Shown here in pieces: positions 20,504 to 30,221 of a stretch of DNA of 64,000 bases. The position numbers and the translations under genes are program-made. Within the stretch, counting starts at the first letter, position 1, and each line of letters begins with the position of its first letter. A model generated the notes under the pieces. That model saw only the letters and a list, made by a program, of their open reading frames with translations. It made no database searches and was not told the DNA's origin. Origin of the DNA: Candidatus Poribacteria bacterium (lineage in GTDB: Bacteria > Poribacteria > WGA-4E > PCPOR2b); NCBI GenBank assembly GCA_965218095.1, contig OZ244587.1, forward strand, positions 3,392,001 through 3,456,000. The letters run 5' to 3'.

Positions 20504-21475
20504 ATGTCTACCAAGATGGAAAGAATTTACTGGATAGATCGGCAAATTCGATCGGAAAGGTATCCAAACGTCCATAAAGTCAAGGAACAGTTTGAACTCC
20601 GCAGCACTCGGATCGTCTACGAAGATAGGAAATTTATGATAAATTGCCTTCACGCGCCTATCAAATATTGCAGACGCAGAGAAGGATGGTACTATACGGA
20701 TGCCACCTATTTCCTCCCCGCGATAATGCTGACAAGGGAAGAAATCACAGCTTTTTTTCTGGGGGAAGAGTTATTCAGGCGGTATCTAGGCACCCCCTTT
20801 GAAACGCCTCTTCGGCTTGCACTTGATAAGATAAAACAACACCTACCGGAGCATGTAGGCTACGACGCGCAAAAGGAAACCTCTGCGTTTGCCTTCACAG
20901 GTGGCGGCAGAGCGATGGTCGATCCAGAATTATTGCTCGAACTCAATGACGCTATCCTTTCAAAACGCTCGATTGAGATAGAATATTATTCAGCGAGTCG
21001 CGGTCAAACAAACACGCGAACCGTTAATCCATACCACCTCCATAACATCCATGGCGATTGGTATCTGATCGCCTATTGTCACACACGGCGCGAACCGCGC
21101 GACTTCCTCACCAACCGCATCAAAGCGCGTAAACGCCTACCATCTACCTTCCAAGTTGCCTCGGATTTTTCCCTCAATGCGTACTTAGAGACCGGATTTC
21201 TCGCAGAACGGGCGACAGAGCCTGATAATATCGTCATCAAATTTGATGAGTATCAGGCACGTTGGATAAGAGAGCGTCAGTGGCACTCCAGTCAACAAAT
21301 TGAGGAGTTACCATCCGGTGGACTGATATTGCGACTGAGAGTCGGTGGATTGGGTGAAGTGAAGCGGTGGGTCATGGGCTATGGACCACATGCGGAAGTT
21401 CTCGAACCTGAAAGGCTCCGTCGTGAAATCAAGGAAGAAGTAAAAAAAATGAAAGAAATCTACCGTAAAAAGTAA
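20504..21475 (+). CDS. HTH-WYL-WCX transcriptional regulator
   Basis: N-terminal wHTH; RTVNPYHL...DWYLIAYC; WVMGYG..AEVLEP..LR. Confidence 0.93.
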   Translation: MSTKMERIYWIDRQIRSERYPNVHKVKEQFELRSTRIVYEDRKFMINCLHAPIKYCRRREGWYYTDATYFLPAIMLTREEITAFFLGEELFRRYLGTPFETPLRLALDKIKQHLPEHVGYDAQKETSAFAFTGGGRAMVDPELLLELNDAILSKRSIEIEYYSASRGQTNTRTVNPYHLHNIHGDWYLIAYCHTRREPRDFLTNRIKARKRLPSTFQVASDFSLNAYLETGFLAERATEPDNIVIKFDEYQARWIRERQWHSSQQIEELPSGGLILRLRVGGLGEVKRWVMGYGPHAEVLEPERLRREIKEEVKKMKEIYRKK

Positions 21476-21546
21476 AGTGCGCTTATATTGCACTGTGGGA
21501 TGGTATAATAACCGCCGATTGGAGATCAAACATGCTTTCAAACGGA

Positions 21547-21607
21547 TGCGTTTCTGCATGTGGGCCAAAACGCGACGTTTGGGTTGGGGAAGTATCAGGT
21601 TGGATAA
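21547..21607 (+). pseudogene. Duplicated, diverged 3' end of cas6
   Basis: Encodes AFLHVGQNATFGLGKYQVG* versus AFLHVGKNATFGLGKYQIR* at 20254-20314. Confidence 0.85.
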
Positions 21608-21621
21608 AGCGTGGAGGTAAG

Positions 21622-21647
21622 GTAGGGGTAGCCCTTGTGGCTACCCT
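21622..21647 (+). repeat. GTAG-type REP-like palindrome
   Basis: GTAG followed by GGGTAGCC-cttgt-GGCTACCC. Confidence 0.6.
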
Positions 21648-21722
21648 CTTAAGGCTCATTTCCGCGTACCGTAAAGGAAAAAATGTGACACGCGCCTGAA
21701 AAATTACAGTATTTTCCGATCA

Positions 21723-21755
21723 CCGACATGTTCTGACGGGAATAGAGGTTATAAT
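21723..21755 (+). promoter_or_regulatory. Promoter of the cas10d operon with a candidate WYL-regulator site
   Basis: CCGACA-N5-TGACGG imperfect palindrome, then N10, then TATAAT; GGAGG RBS before ATG 21802. Confidence 0.65.
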
Positions 21756-21801
21756 ATGGAACAATCAATTCAAGAGTTTGTTTCCACGGAGGTATTGAAA
21801 T

Positions 21802-24582
21802 ATGGATTATCAAGCATTCAGAACAAGGGCTGTCAAATTCATGCTCAACCGCGATTGGAAGAAAAAAACCGCAAAGCGGAGAAATTTTGAGCAAAGCTTA
21901 TTTGACCACACAGTTATTGAAATTGACGCTCTTATTACATTGTTGCCACTGCTTCAGCACACCTTCTCACCTCCACTAACAGAGCCCGAGGAACAAGTGC
22001 TCCTAACCAGTGTTCTCGCACATGATGTTGGTAAAGAACTTGATGAGTGGCAGGAATACGTGATGGGGAGGCGTGACTTCCTCTCCGATGTAAATCGAGA
22101 GTTAGCCGAGGAAGTGGTCCCCGAGTTGGCGAGTCAATTCGAGTTCAGCGGTGTTGAGGAGATACTATCGTCGGTCCTTTTACACATGCGTTATGAAAGG
22201 ACACCAGTGAATGTAACAAGTCGCCTTTTGTTTGGTCAGCATACAAATCCACGTTGGAAAACATTGGCAGACATTGTTGATGCAGTGGATAATCTGTGCT
22301 CAGCAAAAGGTCTTTTTGCCGGATTACAATGCGTGGCAGAGAAAACCTGTATATCTAACCATCTCCACACTGTCTACCATCTCGTGCAAACACGAGGCGT
22401 CTCAACAACGCTGTTACATCGCGCCGCAATTGATGCCTTCATCGAATGTGGCTGGAGTCCGTTGTTACACTATAGCAACGGCACAATTTACGTAGCAAGC
22501 AGCGCGACCCAACCGCTAGAGCCGGGCGTTGACGAAATTCAAGACCAAATGGTGGAGCGTCTCAGAGAAGCGATGCCTGATAAAATAGCGAAATTAATCG
22601 TTGGCAATCCAACAAGTAGCATAATGCCAAAACCTAATCTATTTGACTACCGCGATTTGGAAACATGTTTATCCGTTGCCGCGAGCCGCATCACCCGCAA
22701 AAGCTTTTTCAACAGGCCTGAATCAAAGCGGGTTGAGGTCATTGGCAAATATTTGCTTCTTTTAGAATGCTTAATTGAAAATGAACCTAAATCTGCTTTC
22801 ACTGAATCTAACAAGAAATGGAAAATGAACGACCGCCCAGACATAGATGATGAAACTCTTGCATTGCAAATGTCGAGGATAGCCACAGCACAACCTGAAA
22901 TGTGTGTCTTCAAATTCTTCAAAGCAGTTTTGGCAGATGGTCTTCTCGGTAAACAGGTCACACCGGAAGCGGAAGAGATCTATGCCGATTTCGCAGAAGG
23001 TGGCGGGAAAAAGAAAGTACCGAAAGTAACCCCACAAAGCGTCGCCCGAACGGAATACGACGCCGTTTTTGGTGAAGGGGCTTACGCCGAGTTGCAGTCT
23101 ACAGCAAACTTAATGCCTGCTCGTGACATGGCGTTTACCGTTGACCGATTTTGGTCACTGGATGGCTCACAATTTGGACTTGATGTACCGACAGTTGAAA
23201 TTCTGCTTGACGACACCAAACGTGAGGAGATTCTCATTGATACCCTTGTAGATATTGCGAACAAAGTTTACACTGCAATACCCGTTGAAAACCGACCGGC
23301 ACGTGCAACGCCGGAAGATTTTGCGCGATGTTTCATGCCAGATCTGATTCATCCATCGCCCAAGCTGAATCTCGACGAACTGATTGCACAGCAGATGCAA
23401 GCATACGGGCAAACAAAAGCAAATGCTCGGAAGGAGAAAGGTTTGCATCTTTGCCCAATCTGCAATCAAACGTTTGATGGAGGCACAAAGGCGAAAGCTG
23501 ATTTCGTTGGAAACCCTGAGGGGCATACAAATCGCGGCGTTTCGCACGGCGGGGCCGGACAGATTGTCATCTGCGATGCCTGTAAGTATGAGAGGTTTCT
23601 CCAACAACTGTTGCTCGGTTCGCAGGTCGCCGATATTCTCGTACTGTTCCCGCGCATGAACATCGGTCACAGTAGTGGGGAAGCGTTACGCAAAAAGGCG
23701 ATTCAGATTTGGGACAAGGCTTCAATCCGAATGACTGGAGATAATCCGAACCCGGACCAACACATTACACTCAGCCTAACTAATCTAATCGCAAGAAATA
23801 TGAGCAAGAACAATTACGATGTCTATCGGCTGACGCACAATGAAATCGTTGAGTTGCTAACTTATGAGTCCACGGAAGATACAAAGAAAAAGCACAGAAA
23901 AATTTTGGATAAAGAACTCAAAGAATACTTCTCAACGGATGAACTAAGTGTCGAGGATCTGAATGAAGAGTGGGCAACTAATTTTCAAACGGTGGAAGAC
24001 GCGGTTCAGGCATTAACTGAAGGTAGAATTCAAGATGATGAAGCCCGCCGAATCCAAGCGAAGGCTTTTAATTTGATTCCACAATTTCACATAGCTTGCC
24101 AAACTCCGCATATGATTCTTGTTCCGACAACCAACCTTTTGGATTCCAAGAAATCTGCTTTTCAAAAGAAAGTTGGAAAAAATTGGGAATCAGACACAAA
24201 CGCAGGAATTCGGGAACTGTATTTGACGCTCATACTCGGACTTTCACTCGACTGCTCGGTTGCTGTTGTGAAAGCAGGTGAGGTTATTACATTCGAGGAT
24301 AGCGAAGGTGTTGCGAAAGTTCCGTCCGCACCTGCCCTTCGCGATCTGGTTGGTGCGGATTGGGTCTCAATAGAGGCAGCAGAGAAATGGCTTGACGCTA
24401 TCGGTGCGGCAGCACTGCTTGCCAATTCAACGGAATATCCCGAACGTTACAACCTCTACCAAATTCTCAAAAGTCCAACGTTGGGGCATGTACTTCGCCG
24501 AATTGAGCAGAAAAGCGACAACGGCCAAGCGTACATGTACCATTTCCATTTACTTGAACAAATGAAGGAGGTTCTCAGATGA
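21802..24582 (+). CDS. cas10d: Type I-D large subunit Cas10d with N-terminal HD nuclease
   Basis: SLFDH...LAHDVGK HD domain, CPIC...CDAC Zn finger, 926 aa, upstream of csc2/csc1; cas3 lacks HD. Confidence 0.85.
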   Translation: MDYQAFRTRAVKFMLNRDWKKKTAKRRNFEQSLFDHTVIEIDALITLLPLLQHTFSPPLTEPEEQVLLTSVLAHDVGKELDEWQEYVMGRRDFLSDVNRELAEEVVPELASQFEFSGVEEILSSVLLHMRYERTPVNVTSRLLFGQHTNPRWKTLADIVDAVDNLCSAKGLFAGLQCVAEKTCISNHLHTVYHLVQTRGVSTTLLHRAAIDAFIECGWSPLLHYSNGTIYVASSATQPLEPGVDEIQDQMVERLREAMPDKIAKLIVGNPTSSIMPKPNLFDYRDLETCLSVAASRITRKSFFNRPESKRVEVIGKYLLLLECLIENEPKSAFTESNKKWKMNDRPDIDDETLALQMSRIATAQPEMCVFKFFKAVLADGLLGKQVTPEAEEIYADFAEGGGKKKVPKVTPQSVARTEYDAVFGEGAYAELQSTANLMPARDMAFTVDRFWSLDGSQFGLDVPTVEILLDDTKREEILIDTLVDIANKVYTAIPVENRPARATPEDFARCFMPDLIHPSPKLNLDELIAQQMQAYGQTKANARKEKGLHLCPICNQTFDGGTKAKADFVGNPEGHTNRGVSHGGAGQIVICDACKYERFLQQLLLGSQVADILVLFPRMNIGHSSGEALRKKAIQIWDKASIRMTGDNPNPDQHITLSLTNLIARNMSKNNYDVYRLTHNEIVELLTYESTEDTKKKHRKILDKELKEYFSTDELSVEDLNEEWATNFQTVEDAVQALTEGRIQDDEARRIQAKAFNLIPQFHIACQTPHMILVPTTNLLDSKKSAFQKKVGKNWESDTNAGIRELYLTLILGLSLDCSVAVVKAGEVITFEDSEGVAKVPSAPALRDLVGADWVSIEAAEKWLDAIGAAALLANSTEYPERYNLYQILKSPTLGHVLRRIEQKSDNGQAYMYHFHLLEQMKEVLR

Positions 24583-25217
24583 GACAGTTAATCGTAACCA
24601 AGGGGGAGCGGTTTGATATCGAAACCGTTCCCCCCAAAATTGAGCGCATTGCCGATGCCTTTGACCGGTATCTTGATGAGTATAACCCCAAAACAAGGCG
24701 AACTATGCACGGCGTTATGGGACCTGTGCAAAGGATTCTTGACGGAGCGCGTGTCCGAAAAGAGGACGCCAAAACATTGGTGGGAAGGGCGGTACGCGCT
24801 CATGAAATGAACGAGAATAACCGCGGGTATTTATCGCCATCCGCGCTTGAGGCTCTTGAGACGGGGACGCAGGATTTATTGGTATTGTGTAACGAAGTGC
24901 CTATCACAACCGTCTCCAAGGTTACTGAGCGCGTCCGTTACACCGTCTACTACATGCGAAGAAAAAAGGATATTGAGTGGTTGGAGCAGACACGCAAGAC
25001 GTTTATCGAGTTTCTGCGAAAACGTTACGCCGATGAAACTACGCTCACTACAGCGTGGGGAGAGAAATCATTGAAATTCGATGACGTTCGTTTTCCCTCT
25101 CGGAAAAATCAGGCGTTTAAGCGGGCAAACGACGTAAAGAAGGGAGATATTACCAGTTTCTGGGAATCTACCGATACAGAACCCATCATCGAAGAAGAGG
25201 AGGACGACAATGAGTAG
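24579..25217 (+). CDS. Putative stand-alone Cas11d-like small subunit with C-terminal extension
   Basis: Own RBS (AAGGAGG), ATGA overlap with cas10d stop, helical, located between cas10d and cas7. Confidence 0.6.
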   Translation: MRQLIVTKGERFDIETVPPKIERIADAFDRYLDEYNPKTRRTMHGVMGPVQRILDGARVRKEDAKTLVGRAVRAHEMNENNRGYLSPSALEALETGTQDLLVLCNEVPITTVSKVTERVRYTVYYMRRKKDIEWLEQTRKTFIEFLRKRYADETTLTTAWGEKSLKFDDVRFPSRKNQAFKRANDVKKGDITSFWESTDTEPIIEEEEDDNE

Positions 25218-26145
25218 CTTAGACCTTTTGAAACCCTTCACCATAGACAAACCGCAACCGCTGATCGGTGCGAAGACAGTTCAAATCCTACTGATGCGCG
25301 AAATACTGGATTACACGGTTCTACGCACAGAAGAAACACGCGAACTCAACACAGTCGCTACGCCCCTCTCACTTAACAATGGTGACAATACCATCATGCG
25401 AGTTGCATTTCTGGCAACGAAGCAGAAAGCGGCTGAATCACGACAGCTAGAGCAACTCCTGCGAACAGGAACGTCTGAAGCAGATTTGTCAGTAACAGAA
25501 TGCTATCTGAAAGACAAGCTCTGCCTCGAATGTCCTCGCTGTACCTTATTTGGCGCGACAAACACAGAATCTGGACGTGAAAATCGAGCCAACATCAAGC
25601 ACCGCATCGAGTATTCGACAGCATTTTCCTTGCTCCCATTTGAGGACATTGAATCGTCAACGACGTTCAACGCAATTAACGACCTCAACCAAACGACCGG
25701 ACAAGCATTAGGTAGCCGCTACGCTGTCGTACCTGCGACCGTATTTCCAAGCATCGTCAGCTTGCGGAGCGCGACGCTCACCGAGGTAATTTTGACCATC
25801 AAAACGTTGTTGGCAAGCAAGAGCTACGGTGCAGAATCCCGAATCGGCGGAGATGTGCGTAACTCTGTTTTCGGTATCATCGGTGGTTGGGAGGAAGTCA
25901 TCACGCCCCTTGAACTCACACTTGAACTCTATGACCAACGCGACAACTTGGTCGGCGATACCTTCAAAACGATTGCCAAGAAGTATAAACCGTTGGCAGG
26001 CAATCCTGACCACGTGACCATTTTCTCGCCTGATGAGGTGGATGCAACCGTCGGAGCCGCTGCGAACACACCGCTCGATAAATCGTTATTGACGACAGCT
26101 TATAACGATGCGAAAACCTACGTCAAAGCCCAGCAGAAAAAATGA
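25210..26145 (+). CDS. csc2: Type I-D Cas7/Csc2
   Basis: RTEETRELN, KQKAAESR, CLECPRCTLFG, FNAIND, YGAESR. Confidence 0.9.
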   Translation: MSSLDLLKPFTIDKPQPLIGAKTVQILLMREILDYTVLRTEETRELNTVATPLSLNNGDNTIMRVAFLATKQKAAESRQLEQLLRTGTSEADLSVTECYLKDKLCLECPRCTLFGATNTESGRENRANIKHRIEYSTAFSLLPFEDIESSTTFNAINDLNQTTGQALGSRYAVVPATVFPSIVSLRSATLTEVILTIKTLLASKSYGAESRIGGDVRNSVFGIIGGWEEVITPLELTLELYDQRDNLVGDTFKTIAKKYKPLAGNPDHVTIFSPDEVDATVGAAANTPLDKSLLTTAYNDAKTYVKAQQKK

Positions 26146-26151
26146 GCGTTC

Positions 26152-26187
26152 AAGAAACCGAGTTTTTTCGGAAAAACTCGGTTTCTT
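26152..26187. repeat. REP-like palindrome AAGAAACCGAGTTTT-n-AAAACTCGGTTTCT (copy 1)
   Basis: Perfect 16-bp arms; same element at 30174 and 30815. Confidence 0.9.
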
Positions 26188-26216
26188 CATACACATCAGC
26201 CAAGCGAGGTGACAAC

Positions 26217-26969
26217 ATGGCAAACGCTATTCGGCTTTATGAACATGGCGTGCGCGTATTTGCAGGACGACTGTATAACCACGATTACCTCTGGTTCTCA
26301 TCCAACGAAATCAGCAAAGTCTCAACAACCCAACCCATCCTGCACAACTACGCACTCTGTTATGCAATTTCGCAACGCTCCTACGGTGTCTATCTCGGTA
26401 CAACACCAAAATATGTTGAAGATCCGGATGGCGAATTCAATGCGATGCCGCTCTACGCAACGCCCGCCCACGCTGACTCCGAGCACGTATCGCGCACGAC
26501 TATCACCTTCAATGCCGTTGATTCACGCACATTGACAACAGGTGATAGCAAATCAATGAATACACCGAATTTGGGAAAGCGAGTCTACATCAATCCGGCG
26601 TGGGAATCAACGGAGGTAGAACGTCCAGAAAAAGGCTATCAATTTTACGTTTTCACATTCGACAACTATCGCCCACCAGGGGTAACACGGCTCGGTAAGA
26701 AAGGTGCTTCAATGCGCATTCGGTGGGATGAGGTACACCAACCTGTCGCAATCCACCGTGAAGGTAAACAAAGCCCAACACACCCAATTAACCCTTTGGA
26801 TGTCAACGGACACCTCGTCAGCTATGATCCGGTGATGATTCCCCCACATCTGTTATTTCGGACAGCAACCCTCGCCGCAGATTGGTGGGTGTTCTTCAGT
26901 CCCGGCAGAGCGCGGCATACCATACACGTCCCCAAACGTGTTTTGAACCGAATCGGAGGTGTATCATGA
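26217..26969 (+). CDS. csc1: Type I-D Cas5/Csc1
   Basis: WFSSNEIS, LHNYALCYA, YATPA, RLGKK, HPINPLD; GAGGTG RBS before ATG 26217. Confidence 0.9.
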   Translation: MANAIRLYEHGVRVFAGRLYNHDYLWFSSNEISKVSTTQPILHNYALCYAISQRSYGVYLGTTPKYVEDPDGEFNAMPLYATPAHADSEHVSRTTITFNAVDSRTLTTGDSKSMNTPNLGKRVYINPAWESTEVERPEKGYQFYVFTFDNYRPPGVTRLGKKGASMRIRWDEVHQPVAIHREGKQSPTHPINPLDVNGHLVSYDPVMIPPHLLFRTATLAADWWVFFSPGRARHTIHVPKRVLNRIGGVS

Positions 26970-28993
26970 GAATACAAGGCTATTCTTACAAACAGGTTGT
27001 TGTCGAAGATGTGAAAACCCGCCTTTATCCACATCAAGCTGCCATGTACAACGAGTGGCCCAACCACACCGGATTTCTACTCGTGACAAAAACGGGAAGT
27101 GGCAAAACACGGGCGACAGCGTTACCCGTACTGAAAAATCACGAATCTGCTGTTTTCGCCTACCCGACAAACGCGCTGATTCAAGACCAATCGCGGGCGA
27201 TTCAGCAATTGATGGACGATGAATATATCGCCTACCGAGAATTGACACCGCAGAATGCAACCGACAAGTTTGGTAAAGAAGAATATCAACTTGTCCAAAT
27301 TAACGCGCAGACGCTGGTAGATTTTGCAAAGGCGTGGGGAATGGGTGAAAAGCAAAAAGGGGCTGCACTTATAAGGCTAATTCAACAGGACAAGCAAAAA
27401 ATTGTATTGATTAACCCCGACATTCTTTATCTTCTGTACTCGTTGCGCTACCGTGGCAGCCAAGAGGCTTTATCATATTTGCAAGCATACAAGACAATTG
27501 TATTTGACGAGTTTCATCTCTACAACGGCGTTGAATTAGCCCACGCGCTTTTCCTTATCTTTTTGGCACAACGTATGGGGGCGTTTCAACGAGTTGTGTT
27601 GCTCTCTGCCACTCCGAATGAAGATGTCAAAACCTATCTTGATCGACTGCTCAACCCGCTTGTCATTGATGCGGATGTAAAAGTTCCGCAGCCCGTTTGT
27701 GGCAAGCGAGCGGTCGCATATGATGTAGAGCTCAATGCTTTGCCTTTGCCCGTTACTAAGGATGTCGTCGAAACGGCACAATCGAAGATCCTTGAACTTC
27801 AGAGCGAATTATACCGACTCCAAACAGAAAACTGGGAAGCGAACAAAGCGGGAGATTATGTGCCTTGTGTTGTTATCCTCAATTCGGTCGTCAATGCCAT
27901 CGCACTGGAGGATACCCTTGTTGAAGCGGGGATATCCCGCACAGAAATCGCACCGATTCGCGGGCTTTCAGCGCGGAGTAGTCGAGACGTGAGAGGCAAA
28001 ACGCTTGTCATCGGCACAGCGGCAATCGAAGTCGGAATTGATTTCAAAACCGATTATCTGATTTTCGAGGCGGGCAATCAAGCGTCGTTCATGCAGCGAT
28101 TTGGACGGCTTGGGAGGCATAGTGCCGGACAGGCATTCCTACTCGCTGACCCGCGTGAATATCAAGCGGTCAAATCTCTTGGGGATGACATCTCCCGCGA
28201 TGATCTAGAGCAGGGCATCAAAACTATCTATCCCGGACAGGATGCGAAAGAGTGGTTTGTTGATACGCAGTGTGGTGCGTTTACGGTGCTCGCCCAAGCT
28301 GAGAACTTCCGCAGTCGAATTATCGACGATTGGCCTGCTGATGAATCAATGAAAACTGAACTTGAGGCGTGGCTAGACGCCGCTTTGACAGACTATGCAA
28401 CACATATGAATCTATCTCAGATGAAACGTGCTCGATTGAAACTTCGACGCAAGCCAACGTGGTTTGAGCATTACAAAGCGTTGGACTCATTTCGCACATC
28501 GTTACCGAGTCAGGAGGTTTGGGATGTTCGGGAAAAAGAGAACGAGCGCGATTGGTCTTACGATGCCGACGTCAAGATGTTGCTCACTCGTGCCGAGCGG
28601 TTGTGGTATAATGAAAGACATGACCGGCTCTACGTCAAAGGCTACGGAAAGTATCGCCAAGTCTGGTTTGCCAAAACCTTCGACGATGAACGTGAAGATG
28701 ACTGTTGTGGCATACTTCGCACAACTGCCGATTATTCAAGGGAAGATATGCAGTTCATGCAGGAAGGTCATTTGACATCAGTTTCGCATGTGATGGCAAA
28801 ACAGAAATACAAAGAGCGTGTTACCGGCCATGTATTTGTTCTCGCACCCATAGATTTAATCCCAAAATTGGACTGGCGACTGGCGTGGTTTAGATGCGGA
28901 TCGCGTGGGAAATACATCATTGCATTTGATGGAGACGCCCTTCTACTGAAAGAAATCTATGATCGGGTACTGAAGGAAAGAAACAGAAAATGA
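26966..28993 (+). CDS. cas3: Type I-D helicase Cas3' (no HD domain)
   Basis: TGSGKT, YPTNAL, DEFH, LSAT, IEVGIDF, QRFGRLGR; GGAGG RBS before ATG 26966. Confidence 0.93.
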   Translation: MRIQGYSYKQVVVEDVKTRLYPHQAAMYNEWPNHTGFLLVTKTGSGKTRATALPVLKNHESAVFAYPTNALIQDQSRAIQQLMDDEYIAYRELTPQNATDKFGKEEYQLVQINAQTLVDFAKAWGMGEKQKGAALIRLIQQDKQKIVLINPDILYLLYSLRYRGSQEALSYLQAYKTIVFDEFHLYNGVELAHALFLIFLAQRMGAFQRVVLLSATPNEDVKTYLDRLLNPLVIDADVKVPQPVCGKRAVAYDVELNALPLPVTKDVVETAQSKILELQSELYRLQTENWEANKAGDYVPCVVILNSVVNAIALEDTLVEAGISRTEIAPIRGLSARSSRDVRGKTLVIGTAAIEVGIDFKTDYLIFEAGNQASFMQRFGRLGRHSAGQAFLLADPREYQAVKSLGDDISRDDLEQGIKTIYPGQDAKEWFVDTQCGAFTVLAQAENFRSRIIDDWPADESMKTELEAWLDAALTDYATHMNLSQMKRARLKLRRKPTWFEHYKALDSFRTSLPSQEVWDVREKENERDWSYDADVKMLLTRAERLWYNERHDRLYVKGYGKYRQVWFAKTFDDEREDDCCGILRTTADYSREDMQFMQEGHLTSVSHVMAKQKYKERVTGHVFVLAPIDLIPKLDWRLAWFRCGSRGKYIIAFDGDALLLKEIYDRVLKERNRK

Positions 28994-29086
28994 ACCCAGC
29001 AAACAAAATTCAGTTACTCCATCAAAGCCGCTCCAATCGTCAAAAACTTTACACACCTGTGCGACACATGCGAAAGGCCAATCCCT

Positions 29087-30175
29087 ATGCAATCACTCAT
29101 CGTTGATGATTTTGGCGCATACCTCGGCAAACGCTCCGAGCGCGTCAGCGTCCGATACCGAGACAAAGAACGAGAAAAAGAAGAACACGCCCTCATGGAC
29201 CTCGACCACATCGTCATCGCCTCGCGGGGTGTCAGTATGTCCTCAGACCTCATCGAAGCGTGTACCGAGCGCGGCATCGAAATCTCGTTTCTCAGTTTCA
29301 ACGGCAAACCGTATGCGAAACTCAACAGCCCGTCACTGACAGCGACCGTAATTTCAAGACGCGAACAACTCGCCGCATATAACGATGAACGCGGCGTCGA
29401 GATTACCAAACGGTTCGCCACAGGCAAGTTACGGAATCAGATTAACCTCGTCCGCTATTTCGGCAAATACCGCAAGAAACGTGCGCCGAAGAAGTACGCG
29501 GAGCTAGTCGAGCGGCTCACAAAAATTGAGGTGATTATTGATGAACTCCAGTGCGTGGGGATGGGTGCAACCGATGCGCCGTCAATTGATGGTGCACGCG
29601 GCACGTTACTCAACCTCGAAGGACGCGCCGGCGCTCTCTATTGGGAATGCGTCCAACGGCTGCTGCCCGCCGGACGTTTCACAACCCGAAACCATCAAGG
29701 CGCGGTTGATGACGTGAACGCGCTGCTCAACTACGGCTACGGGATACTCTACTCACAGGTCTGGAGCGCACTCACGTTAGCTGGACTCGAACCATTTGCG
29801 GGGTTCCTACACGTTGACCGCCCCGGCAAACCATCGTTGGTGTTGGATTTTATCGAGGAGTTCCGTCAGCCGATCGTTGACCGGGTTGTGTTTGCAATGA
29901 TCAACAAGAGATTCAAGGTCGAGTGGGAAGCGCCGGATAGCGACGCCGCCAAAGCCGCGCGCCAGTCCGCAACGACCGAAATTCCGACACAGCGCCGTTT
30001 AAGCAGAGACACCCGACGCGCATTTGCCGACCGGCTACTGGCACGCCTTCAGGAGACCGAGCGATTCGAGCGAAAGGAACAGAAACTCTGCAACATTATC
30101 CAACTCCAAGCCCGCCATCTGGCGATGTTCCTGCGCCGTGAACGGGATTATCAGTCGTTGGTTGCCCGCTGGTAA
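29087..30175 (+). CDS. cas1: CRISPR integrase Cas1
   Basis: EGRAG..YW, NALLNYGYGIL, GFLH, LDFIEEFRQPIVDR. Confidence 0.96.
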   Translation: MQSLIVDDFGAYLGKRSERVSVRYRDKEREKEEHALMDLDHIVIASRGVSMSSDLIEACTERGIEISFLSFNGKPYAKLNSPSLTATVISRREQLAAYNDERGVEITKRFATGKLRNQINLVRYFGKYRKKRAPKKYAELVERLTKIEVIIDELQCVGMGATDAPSIDGARGTLLNLEGRAGALYWECVQRLLPAGRFTTRNHQGAVDDVNALLNYGYGILYSQVWSALTLAGLEPFAGFLHVDRPGKPSLVLDFIEEFRQPIVDRVVFAMINKRFKVEWEAPDSDAAKAARQSATTEIPTQRRLSRDTRRAFADRLLARLQETERFERKEQKLCNIIQLQARHLAMFLRRERDYQSLVARW

Positions 30176-30208
30176 GAAACCGAGTTTTTTCCTCAAAACT
30201 CGGTTTCT
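30174..30208. repeat. REP-like palindrome (copy 2), left flank of the RAYT gene
   Basis: AGAAACCGAGTTTT...AAAACTCGGTTTCT. Confidence 0.9.
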
Positions 30209-30221
30209 GGAGGCGTCACAG

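Noticed and set aside
26142-26216. N-terminal extension of csc1
   Set aside because: Translates the REP palindrome; a better RBS precedes ATG 26217.
30024-30221. Extended start of the RAYT ORF, suggesting a Cas1-RAYT overlap or fusion
   Set aside because: Different frame from cas1, which has its own stop at 30175; an RBS precedes ATG 30222.
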